Assembly (NCBI GenBank): GCA_027604505.1
Contig: JADIIX010000034.1
Span: forward strand, 62,001 to 126,000
Direction: 5' to 3'
DNA length: 64,000 nt
Origin: Gonapodya sp. JEL0774
Taxonomy: Eukaryota
Made by a program: the position numbers and the translations under genes. This document shows, piece after piece, positions 12,890 through 24,439 of this stretch (position 1 is its first letter; every line of letters starts with the position of its first letter). The notes beneath the pieces are model-generated. The model saw only the letters and a program-made list of their open reading frames with translations, searched no databases and was not told the DNA's origin.

Positions 12890-13210
12890 GAAACTTGAAT
12901 TTATGAATAGAGAAAAGTACATAGAGTTTATATAATAGTAACCCAGTAACTTGAGTGCTGAACGGACTTCCATGCACAGGTGTGCCATGTGTCCGGGTTA
13001 AGCACAAAGCTGCATCGGAATGCAGTCTGTCCGTCGAGCACCAACGGACGAAAACAAGGCATCCCGCTTCTCTGGGTCGAGCTCGGGCTATCGCGGCAAG
13101 GGAAAATCGGGTTACACGTCCTCAAATCGGTCACCAGAGGAAGCAATCCCCAGCCGAGAACGGGAGGTGAGACGGGAACAGGAAAGGCTGGCAGCAGAGA
13201 AATGCGAGGA

Positions 13211-16200
13211 ATGGACGAGTACGTAGGTGGAATCGGAGCGTGAAAAAGGCCTAGATCGACGGAAGAAGTGACCAACAATGCTGCTGTTGGGTCTTTGCTG
13301 GCGTATCGTCACGACAACGGATTCTTGGACACCGGTGTAGGAAAACTCTCAGCGGCGATCGCGAAACTTTGCCGTCCTCAGCTTGTCGCTATCCTTCAAG
13401 ATCTGGACCCGACGACCCATTACCCACTCTACATCAGGTGCGGATTGCGTTGTCTTCGCATTTCGTTAACTGCCCTTCGATTCAATGTTGTACTTCGGTA
13501 GCACCTCTGCCCTCCATCAGGAGGATCCTGAACTTTCTCAAGAGCTTTTCTTTGACAATCCAAAAGGGTTCCGAGAGCGTATGCACGTCATGGACGATGC
13601 GGCACAGCAGGCACAGTACACGCTCCATGAGACACTAAGCCGGACAGAAGAGAAGGTGTACTTCATAATGAAGGAGCACGTTCATCTTAGATTGAATGAG
13701 TGGGTACGGGTTTCGGGGATACCAACATCTCGGGATCAATACCAAATTACACTTCGGTGTGTTCGATTGTTCGACCGTCACTCACGCTCACCCACCATCA
13801 TCGATCCTCGACCCAGTTTTCACACCCTCCGCGACCCATCCGTCTATCTCACCACACTTCCCCGCGCCTCCAATCTTGGAACCCTCTTCTCACTCCGCGG
13901 CACAGTTGTTCGCGCCGGCCTGGCGAAAGTCCTCGAGTACGAGCACATCTTTGAATGCAACAAGTGCCATGGTATATTTAGGGTAAAGGCAGACAGGGAG
14001 GAGTATCACGTGGTGAAGCGGCCTGCAAGATGTGGGGTGGAGGAGGGCGACCAAAGTTGTGATGGCACAAAGTTCAAGCAAATCGAGCAGAAAGACCGAC
14101 CAACCAAGGATTACCAGGAGGTGAAGGTGGGCTGACGCAACTTTTAGTTTAGCGTTGGATGTGTGTCATGCTAGTTTTCTTGCGACACCCCAAAAAGATT
14201 CAAGAAAATGTCAACTCTCTTACTGTTGGCCGGATTCCCCGTTCCATGATCGTAATACTAGAGAATGATCTAGTGGACTCTTGCAAGCCGGGTGACGATG
14301 TTGCCATAACGTAGGGGGTTCTGTTCAGATCTTTCAAATTTTCGTGGTGTAAACATTGGCTACTGCTGCAGTGGCGTCCTCATCCGGAGATTTCCTCAAA
14401 TGAAAGTGGGTGAGCGCGCGGACCACGAGCTCGTACTTTTGGCAAACTACATCCATGCTCGGAATCAAGCGGACCGCGCTGCAGCTGAGGTGGACGAGGA
14501 TGTTCGAGAAATGTTCGAGGAGTTCTGGGATACTGCAAGGAAATCTCACCGAGAGATTGAAGGTGAGGCAAGCTCAGCTGTTTGTGCGAATGTCGAAAAA
14601 ACTGCCATCTTCTCGCCTTTGCAAGCCCGTAACCTCGTCTTGGCCTCGTTTTGTCCTCGAGTGTTTGGTCTCTATTTTGCTAAGTTAGCTGTCTTGCTTG
14701 TCCTCATGGGTGGTGTGGAGTCTATGGAAGCTGGATCAAAGGTTCGTGGGGACTCGCACTTATTGTTGGTGGGAGACCCAGGTGAGAGGATCTGTGGTTC
14801 TCGCAGCGTCAACAAAAGGATATCAAACTTTGAATGTCATGGCAGGCACGGGGAAGTCGCAGTTCCTCCGGCACGCCGCCCTCCTCATACCTCGGACAGT
14901 TCTCACCACAGGCGTCGGCTCCACGAATGCCGGATTGACGGTCACGGCGGTCAGAGAGAGCGGAGAATGGCAACTTGAAGCTGGCGCACTTGTTCTGGCA
15001 GATCGCGGTGTTTGCTGTATTGACGAGTTTGGCAGCATCAAGAAGGGGGAGCAAGCCAGTGTGCTGGAAGCGATGGAGCAACAGGTGAGTGAAATTGACG
15101 GAGCCAACCTACGCAATGGAAAGGTAGAAATAATCGAGTTTGTGCCTATCATATTTTCAGACCATCAGTGTAGCGAAGGCTGGCATTGTCGCCAAGCTGC
15201 TGACTCGGTGTTCAGTACTCGCGGCAACCAACCCCAAAGGCTCATACGATCCACATCAATCTATCCAGGTCAATACCGCGCTTAACTCGCCTTTGCTGAG
15301 TAGATTCGATCTCGTTCTCGTACTTATCGACGGAAAAGATGAGACTTGGGATAAGTGAGTGTGGACGACAAATTGTTAGATACATGTGCTGATGATTCCT
15401 CTTAATATCTCTTGGATTTCAGAATGGTTTCGTCTTTCATCTTGAGCAATGAGGTGTCGGTATCCGGCTCCACTCGTCAATCGTCCCCAAACTCCTCCCC
15501 TTCGCTGTGGTCGTACGACCTCCTAAAACACTACATCCAATATTGTCGCAGCAAATTCAAGCCTAAACTCAATTCCGAAGCCGAGGCTGTACTCAAGGCA
15601 TACTTCTTGGCCAAACGGAAAGCGGAAGGAGCTGACCTGGCGAGGACAACTGTGCGACTACTCGAAAGTTTGATTCGGCTGTCGCAAGCACATGTACGTC
15701 GTTGGAACTTTCCGTATATTGTCAGCACTTTATTGACGGTGTCGCGTTAAGGCAAAACTAATGTTTCGGGAGCACGTCCATCTGCAGGATGCAGTGGTTG
15801 CAGTCCACCTGATGGAATGCTCCGTTTCTACGTCAGCCCTTTTGGGGTTTGTTGAGGAGCCGGTGGCGTCTGGGATTAAAGGTGTACTCAGATCTGCCTT
15901 TCCCGAGAACCCTGATGAGGAGTACAAAACAGTCGGTGAGCTAAACTTTCTTTGAAGGAATCCAGTGCAATCACTTTTGGTGGTAATGCTCCGTATTCAT
16001 TTGGCCTTGTCATTAGAAATCGCCGTGTTGACTAAACTCGGTCTACCTGAATTGATCCCTCAAACTCCACATCAAGGAACTGACTTAGAAGATTCAAAGA
16101 CTCCGCTACCAACGAGGCCCAGAACCCGAAATCCACATCAAATGCCCCCTTCGCATATGAAACTTGCGACGCCCTCCACTGAACAGTCCCGAGCGACTCA

Positions 16201-17083
16201 GGTTGCGAACCAACTTTGTCTGGGTTCGAGTCAACCGCCCAAACTGGGACAAAAGCTGTCTCAGACATCTAAATCTCCCCAATCCGCGCCCCCTAACGCT
16301 CCCGCACTTAATAGTGGGAATTCTTTTAGTGCTTTGCAATCTGGAGGACTCACGCAGCTGTCAATGAGGATGCCTTCCAACTTTGGTACAGTAACGAGCC
16401 AACCAGACTCCCATCCACAAAATAAACCCTCAACTTTGCTTGAAGATGTAGGAGAAGCTGCAAATGGAATCACATCGGGTACACCGTCGCAGCGGATCAG
16501 TGGTTTGGAAAGGTTCAGATTCCACGGCAGTCGAAAAATCTACTCTGCACCACCGATAAAATCCGCTCCCATGATTCACCAAAATTCGCAAGCGACTGTT
16601 AAAGACACTGGAAAGAGTTTTTTCAAGCCACCTGATTTTCAACTTGGATTAAAGGAGTTTGATGACTTCGATTTTGAAGTGGATCCAGAGTTGCTAGACC
16701 TCATTGATGCGACAGAACAGGAATATACGCTGATCGACACTTCCGCTCCCTCAAAATCGGAAGATAACGCCTCTGCTAATATAGAATTGCCCAGAGATTC
16801 CCTTGAAGAGGACCTGACTTTTCTTGGCGACATGGGCACACATTTGGACATCAGCTTAACCCCAGACGTAGGCGATGTTAGATCGAAGATCAGGGAGACT
16901 CGAATCGTCCCAGATGCAGCTCTAGCCGAAGTGGCCGCATCGGAGCAGCAAGCTGGGATGTTGGGCCACTTGAACGAAATGGAGCTTGGCTGGGACTTGG
17001 CGGATATCCCCCACGTTCGAGAAACCTCTAGTGAAGTCGACGATAGCGAGCGAAACCGCAAAAAGCGTCGATTTCTTGTATAA
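13211..17083 (+). CDS. MCM9: DNA helicase MCM9 (multi-exon)
   Basis: N-terminal [15 protein letters not shown] and [23 protein letters not shown] match the MCM9 pattern. Also Walker [34 protein letters not shown], Arg finger [22 protein letters not shown] and the long disordered C-tail typical of MCM9. Confidence 0.88.
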
Positions 17084-17235
17084 TAGTTGATCAGTTTATG
17101 CAGCGATATCCACTCCTGTGAATAACTATTGATTGTCAATGCTCACAACATACCAACAAAACCTGGTCGTCGCCGACTGCAGTTCGATCCATTTTTTCAG
17201 CGCGACCATCCCCACGTCCTAGCACGCCCCCATCC

Positions 17236-17954
17236 ATGCATCCGTCTTCGTCGCCAGCTCGCGCGCCTAGTCCTGCGAGAGGAAGCACTAGATCATCGTC
17301 AGCACCCAAACAATCCAAAATAGACCCGGATCAGACAGTTTCCGAGGTCGAGTCGGACGACCTCGATGTTACAAAACCATTGGATGCGTTTGACTATGAC
17401 GAAGTGGAACAAAAGGTCAAGGAAGCTGGCGAGAAGAGTAGGTCTCCTGCAGTTCTGATTTCTGGACGATTTTCACTTTACCACTTATTTCCGATCTGAA
17501 AACTACATCATACCACAACAAAATCGTTTTGGTCGGATAGCGCGCCAGGAATTGCTTGGTAGGCACTTCTGATGGCTCCCCTTCCAAAACATTTTGATCA
17601 CCTATTCTGTTCACTCCGCCCGTAAATGCTCGTGATGCGATCACATTCATATTTTCAGACGTCTGGAATGAGTTACATAAGAGCATCTCATGTCTCATGG
17701 CGGGTTTGATAAAGTATGCGGAACTGGAGACTGCGAATGACCTCGCACAAGTCCAATCTTCAATTCAAACTCTTCAAGAGATGGAACATCATGCTGGTGA
17801 GCGGTGTTCCTGATCAGCAACTCATTTGGAGAGGACGTAACAGATGTTCTCATATCTGTCCTACCGACAAACGTTTCCAAATACAGAGACCCGCCGTCTC
17901 AAGATTAACAGCTTCCTTACAAAGATTAAACGGCTCTATAGCGACTTGGACTAA
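17236..17954 (+). CDS. Small hypothetical coiled-coil protein (predicted multi-exon)
   Basis: Phase-consistent exon chain reading ..PLDAFDYDEVEQKVKEA/ARQELL/DVWNELHKSISCLMA/EMEHHA/ETRRLKINSFLTKIKRLYSDLD-TAA, with AATAAA near 17982. The model needs one GC donor. Confidence 0.4.
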
Positions 17955-18114
17955 AGCAGCGGCAAAAGCGTGATTCGACGAAATAAAGTTACTTTCAAAA
18001 TCTTCAAGATCGATCAAAAACTTGTCCTTCAAATAGCAAAACAGAGTGCTACACAATACCACCCGTCGAAAACACAACACGGCTCTCAGAGCTGCATGCT
18101 GAGCCCATTACCCA

Positions 18115-19587
18115 TCACGAGATCGCTCTTTGTTGTGATGATTTGGATAAGGGTACGAGACGTCGCCTGCCCCTCGAAGGTGATTCTCGAAGTTCCTCCT
18201 CGTCCTTGTCATTGTCTACGACTGTTGCTGGGAGAGTGCCATGGCTGCGCACCGAATGATTACCATTCCCGACCATGTTGATCAATGCCGGTCCAGCGGA
18301 TGGTGGAGGTGTTGGCCAAGCGCCTATGTAATTGCTTCCACTTGGTGGGCTCACATTGGCCGACCCGGCAGATCTGCTGGAGTGTTGAGAGAGGGGCACA
18401 AGCCGTCGCCTCGTCGATGGCATGGAACGCTTGTGAAGCAGAGCTTCGTCTGAATCATCTGCTGACGATGGCTGTGTGCTGTGGTTGCCGTCAGCAACCA
18501 TGGTATCCTTGTCCGACTCTGCAATAACTATTCGCTTATCAGATTGCCGCAAGACTTCATAGGCATTCATGAAGCTCCTATTCGATGGTGACTGCCGGGA
18601 GGATCGCCTATTGTCACCGCAGGTCGGTGTATCTTCCGCAGAAGTGTGCTCCACACCATCGCGGAGCTGCTCTATTTCATCATAATCACCAACTTCAGCC
18701 ACCTCATTCAGAAAACTCGACTCTCCGCTGCTTTGCCCTGTCACACGGCTTCGTCCATGTCCGGCATAAGCCTTCCGTGGCCCGTTTGAGGCATGATGTT
18801 CAGTGGTGACTCCGTTCTGGGATGTACGATCACCTCTTCGGCTCTGCAAAGTTCGTTGTTTCGGTTTTTTGTACGCAGTGTAAGCACCAACTGAGTCTTC
18901 CTCGTCTGATTGGAGGTGATGCTTCCTTTTCCCTCGAGCTTGTCGTGTATCCGATTCCTCGTTCTCCACCTCGTCATCCGGTATGACAAAACCATCCAAA
19001 TCCTCGTAGTCAGTGTCGCCATCGCTGGCAACGTCCTCTTTCACGAGTCCCCGTGTCTTGCCATTTCGAAAAGCGCCCGCGAGCTCTCGCCGATTAACCA
19101 TTCGCCAGCCACCTCGAGGGCCTCGTTCCCACTTGCGGTAGGTTCCGGATTTATTCTTTGTCCGCCTCGAAAACTCAGTGTCGGGATAGAAGGGCAGACC
19201 TCCTTGTGAAGAATGAGTTAAGGAGGAGTAAATTGGTTTGAAGGATGACCGGAAGAATTCCGAATCATTATCTTCGTCGTTATCAGCATCGGTGTTTGTC
19301 CTTATCGCTTCTCTCGATCCTTCTTGAGAGACCGATGTCACAACAGCGCCACTCGCGTCACTGTCCTCCGACGTTGATGGTTCCACAAAATTGGCCAAGT
19401 TTCCGTTTTGATCGACCTCATTTTCTCCAAATTCACTCTGATCTGATTGGTCGGATTCCTCTTCTGCATGTCGATTGATTTGCGCGGGTGACACCGACGC
19501 AGAGGAAGATTGGAAGGATCGCAGCTGGGCACGCTGGGCTTCAGACAAAAGGCGGCGATTCCCGTGAGCTCCAGATGAAGACGACAT
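18115..19587 (-). CDS. Hypothetical acidic/basic low-complexity protein
   Basis: 490-aa ORF, predicted disordered, with EDLDGFVIPDDE and basic NLS-like stretches. No family recognised. Confidence 0.65.
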   Translation of the reverse strand: MSSSSGAHGNRRLLSEAQRAQLRSFQSSSASVSPAQINRHAEEESDQSDQSEFGENEVDQNGNLANFVEPSTSEDSDASGAVVTSVSQEGSREAIRTNTDADNDEDNDSEFFRSSFKPIYSSLTHSSQGGLPFYPDTEFSRRTKNKSGTYRKWERGPRGGWRMVNRRELAGAFRNGKTRGLVKEDVASDGDTDYEDLDGFVIPDDEVENEESDTRQARGKRKHHLQSDEEDSVGAYTAYKKPKQRTLQSRRGDRTSQNGVTTEHHASNGPRKAYAGHGRSRVTGQSSGESSFLNEVAEVGDYDEIEQLRDGVEHTSAEDTPTCGDNRRSSRQSPSNRSFMNAYEVLRQSDKRIVIAESDKDTMVADGNHSTQPSSADDSDEALLHKRSMPSTRRRLVPLSQHSSRSAGSANVSPPSGSNYIGAWPTPPPSAGPALINMVGNGNHSVRSHGTLPATVVDNDKDEEELRESPSRGRRRLVPLSKSSQQRAIS

Positions 19588-19741
19588 GAAGGATTCAACA
19601 CACAGATTGTATTTGAGTGCTTGTCACCGAACAATGTGTGTAAATTGACACGACACATTTACAAAGTTGCTTATAGGTTACATGTAACTTTGCGTGGTGA
19701 ATACAACATGAATACAACCACTCTATACGATGGATTCTATT

Positions 19742-21647
19742 CTAAGAAATAGTATGTAAGCTTACACCACTCTCTGCCCGTGTTCTGTTTAGTGACTGTG
19801 CAGACACCGAATTCGGTTGCAACCCCGTGTTCGGGGCTACACCTTCACCAACGTCTGGCCGATCAGAGGTCGTGCGTCTAGAGCCAGTCAGTGCCGACAG
19901 CATGTCCTCCTCGTGATCTTCATGAAGTTCTACAGTGGACAACTGCCTCCATCCACCTTGACGAGTGGTCCCCGTGAACATAGGTTTCAAAAACCATTGG
20001 ACCCAAGTATCAGGCTCATCTTCACTGCCAGAGGGTGGCAAAACGGTGGAGCTTAAGTGGCTGTGCTCCTCAGAAGTCACAGTCACTCCCACGAACCCTG
20101 CTACCACCAAAGTACCCCCCAAAACATGGAGAACTTTGACGGAGATTCCGTCGATGTACCATTCTCCTATCATAGCCAGTGGAATCGTCAAGGAGAGTCC
20201 CACGGTCACAACGACTGGGCTAGTGAGGAGCACCGCGATGAGCCAGAGATAGTCAGAAAGAAAAGTCCCAATGAGAGCATTCAGTACAAGAGAAACATAG
20301 AAGGTAGAGAGTCCTTCTGAATCTGAAGGGAAATCGAGGTTTTCGACTCCCAAAGCATTGAGGATAAAGAATCCAGGCCACAACAATACAAGGTTCCAGA
20401 GGCCCACGAAACCAAGAAATGTAGTTGGCGAGACGGATTTGGAGTCAGGAATGAATACCTTGAGCATGACGGAGTACACCCCTAGCCACGAATATGGTGG
20501 GAGAGTTTTCCAATGTTACAGAAGTTACACCCACCGGGACATGACGCTTGACACTCACCGTAAAAGAATGCGCCAAGGAGAGCCAAAAAGTCACCTAAGA
20601 TTGACACGCGAAAGGGTTGCCCGCTGTCACCTTCTCTGGTAGGAACCTGTGATTCGTCATCTCGTGAGATTAGAACAACACCGACGAATGCCGCCACCAC
20701 AGCGAGAAACTTCAGTGGAGTGAACGTTTCTATTCGAACGAAAGTTCCGATAACGAGTGTGAACAGGCCGGACACAGAAGACAGAATGGTCGACGACGAC
20801 ACAGACTGATTCAATTGTGCAAGATTTGGATCGTGTTGAAATGACAGCGCAGTAACGAGAACCCACTGTGAGGCCTAAAGACACTGTCTGAAAATAGTTT
20901 GCTGCAAACCAGAAGAGGCAGAAATAGAGGGCAAGCAAAGCAACCTGGAAGAGGAGTAAAACACTTTGACGAGACTCGAAGAGGGGATTCCGGCACATTT
21001 TCGGTACATACTTTTCTAAGGGACTGTTTTTCCACCAACTCAACTTCCTCTGAGCCGCCGATACCATGAGGCTCATGGGATGGGTAATCTATCGTCACTT
21101 CAATTGCACTTCCATTCTGGTCACTAACATCAGGGACAAATTTTGAATCTTCAAAAACACTCCGTTGTTCTCGACGCTCTCCCAACGGAGAGGGAACGGA
21201 CGCAGGACCAGCTGTCAAATGGTCATCAGCACCTCTGAGCCTTTCGGCAGCCAAAGTGTCGGTTGCATTCTGCCATTCAAACTGCGCTCTCCACCCTTGC
21301 TCTCCATCGTTCTGATGAAAAGCTCTCAGAATACTCCTCCAGCCACCAGTCTCCGCGGTTGTAGCGGTGGGAATGTCTCGCGACCCTTCCGAATGGTCTA
21401 GCGCTATTCGCTTCTCTCGTGCCTGGCGCCGAGCTTCTCTCCAAGCAACAGGTAAAAGATAGAGCGTGAACGTGGATGTGTTGAAGAATGTGATGAAGTA
21501 AGGACGAGGGAAGTTCTGTCCCTCTTGAAGGCTCTGGGATATGAAGGACGAAACAACCCAGATGACCACAATGAGTAGAACTAAAAATGTTCCCAGAACT
21601 GGTCTGCGCGTTGATGGGGTTGCTTGAGGACTCCCCGCTGAATCCAT
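19742..21647 (-). CDS. EamA/SLC35F5 (THI74/YML018C-like) membrane transporter, multi-exon
   Basis: LLIVVIWVVSSF..PYFITFFNTSTFTLYL, FCLFWFAANYF, SSTILSSVSGLFTL, GDFLALLGAFFYG and FLSDYLWLIAVLLTSPVVVTVGLSLTIPLAM. Confidence 0.88.
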
Positions 21648-21750
21648 ATATGTGAAAATGGGGGTTCGCAAAGGTTCACAACTGGGGGGTAGTGTTCCTG
21701 ACAATGCGAAGTTCACTGTAAACAGTACACATTGTACACACGAATGTTCA

Positions 21751-24288
21751 CTACGAGAACAACCTGACGATAAGTAATGCCAATACGAGAACAACCGTGG
21801 ATGCTTTTGATATTTAGGAAGGGAGGTATCAGTTGAAGCAAGTGTGAAGTGCCACAGCAACAACTCACTAAGTACTGAAACCAGCACTACACTCATATCC
21901 ACCCCACGTCTGCGCTTCTTTCGCCGCTCTTTCCGCTCTTTGGATGTTCCATGTCCAACTCGTTCGAATGATTCGGGTTCTTCACTCGTCCCTCCGAAAT
22001 GTGCTGCCTCACCAACGATGCCACCAGAAACAGACGACCAAAGCACGGTGCAAAAAGCTACAATGTGTGCAATACCACTATGTAAAAAGGACATCAGGAC
22101 GAAGGGCAACGTTGTCCAAAACCCGGCAGAGGTTAGCATTGTGAAAAGCTTGATGAGACGAGAGGGGGCACGGAGTCGAGCAAGTTTGGCATCGAGCTCT
22201 GCGAACTTGTGAGGTAAAGTTCGATAGCGGTTGAGCTGAGATCCTCTCACAGACAGAAATTTCTGGATGGCATTACTTACCAACGCTTCTTCCCCTCGTG
22301 CTACCCAAGTTTCCACTCCGTCCTGAAGTACGCTTTTTAACTTCGTCACTTTGGCCGCCATGGTTTGGGTGCCACGCTCCAACTCGGCAACGCGACGACC
22401 GAGTTCCGAGTTTTGGGCCCGAGCTGATGCAAGCTGTTCGGCCAGGGTGAGAGATAGAGTTTGGAGCGAGCCAAAGGATGTGGCGAGAGAAGCGGTGCGG
22501 GCGAGAGTCGAGGAGAGGGACGACTGTAAAACAAGATAGAATAGGAGCTCGGTCACATCTGACATGACGTACGAATCAAGCGGAGCCCACCTCTAGTCCC
22601 GCGATCCTCGCACGGTACGTTTCCACCGCTTGTTCCATATTCTTGGCCATATCTGTCATTCCATCTCTTCTCTCCTTCATGTCCCAGACCCCATTCTCCC
22701 CCGCTATCACAACCATGTTGTCCGAGCCACCTACAACTACACGAAGTAGGTTACATGCCTCCCGAATGAGCTGCACTGAAGGTGCACCGAAAAAGTAAAC
22801 TCCAGACTCAATGTTGATCTGCATGACGGGGCGGAAGTTCGGAAGCGCCCGAGAAAGGTCCAGAGCTATTAGTCCTCTGGGGGGCAACTCCGCAAAGTGT
22901 ATCTCGGTCACGTCATGCTGAATTTGATCTTCCAGAGCAGCGCGTAAGAGGTCCAGATCAGTGGGAGGAGGCAGGCCGGAGTTGGACGGGACACCAACAA
23001 GCCGATCCCTCGTGAGGAGGACACTTTGCGCCAGCCATTCCGGAAAAGGCTCATCATCTGTCACCGAGGGGATTGGAAAAGATGGAAACGGGACGATTGC
23101 TGGAGGTGGGGCGTTTGGGTGGCGTGAAGTTGTCGCCAATGCGCGATAGATTGCAGCATACTTGGCATGCAGTGGCTGCGGAATGGTGGCTAGCAAGAGC
23201 ATTGGAGAGAACACTGGCGTTGAAGGATGCTTGTGCCAAGACTGTCTTTCTTGTTCGTTGTTGTCGCCGTCGTCATTGTTGGAACTCCTACCCATTCCCT
23301 CCGTTACGTTTCTCGCCACTGACAGAACAAATAGAACAACGAACGATTGGAAGGTGAACGTCGGATTCAATGAGACCAGCAGAAAGGATCTCGCAATATC
23401 GGCTAAGCTGAAACGCGCAATTTTGCTCTGCGCAGCTTCCGGGAGGACGGTAAGGGGAGGTGATGGAACAGGCAGATTCACTGGGCTGCGTTGAAGCTGT
23501 ATCTCCGGTTGCAGCTTTTTCAATAGCTGAGAACTCGAGCTAGAGGAACCGACACGCATACGTCCGGGAAACTCGGCGAGACTTTCTCCCATGTCTTCGC
23601 GTGATCCTTCAGGAATTGTGGTGATCGGACGAGTCGCGGACGTCGGCTCAGAAGTAAGAATCACCGATGGCTGTTGAAAAACGGTTGACGAAAATGGTGT
23701 GGAGGGGGTGCGGGAAGCATGGGCCCGTTGGGAGTCGGTGAGGGATGTGATCGGTCGCGCATAGGTTTCAGTCGTTGATGGAGGCGTGACTGTCACAGAG
23801 ACTACTGGTTGGATACTAGGAGAGCTAGGAGAGAGGAATCCCGAGTCTCCTTCTGTCGCTCGTTTCGTGGTATTTTGCAGTAGGGTGCCAGGTGTCGGAT
23901 GCCGAACAACAATTGGTACTGGAGTCCGGGTCCTCCAAAGATTGCCTCCCGTGACAGCATGACCATTTCCGTAGCTATGTACATGCCCAATTGAACTCGT
24001 ATGGCCCCCTTGGTCACCAATGTCGTCCCCATCGCTCCTTGGACCACCTCGGTAAGCACTCGTATCCGCATCTTCTACCTGGTCATCTGTATCGAAAGAG
24101 TCCGAAAATGCACTTTCCGACCCATTTTCATCAGAAATATCGGTCTCTGCTTCATCATCGTCGTCATCCGATTGGGTTTGATCGGTGTCTGATAGTGAGG
24201 GATTGTGAGAGGTGCTCACAGCTGTCGTCAAGGAATTCAGTATTGGAGGTGCGGTGCTCGCTCTTGCTAAAGCCGCTGTGACATTCAT
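21751..24288 (-). CDS. Hypothetical protein: disordered N-terminus, coiled coil and C-terminal transmembrane anchor
   Basis: ORF 22576..24432 (from MNVTAAL) is followed by coiled-coil exons. The spliced last exon reads VLTSTVVLVLALLIVRLFS-TAG (21751). Confidence 0.65.
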
Positions 24289-24439
24289 CCTCGGCTGGGA
24301 GGCATGTGGTGGTACAAGTGAATGCTGTAATAGTGATACAACTTCTTGAATTGCCGGTGAAGCAACAAACCACCAGCCACTCTCGCAAGTTTGTCCAGCC
24401 CATGAACAAACTCTTCCTCTATTATTCCACAATCAATCA

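Noticed and set aside
20811..22565. 584-aa ORF as a single ordinary gene
   Set aside because: It spans the 3' exons of one gene, introns, a spacer and the 5' exon of the transporter. Treated as two genes, with the possible read-through listed as a finding.
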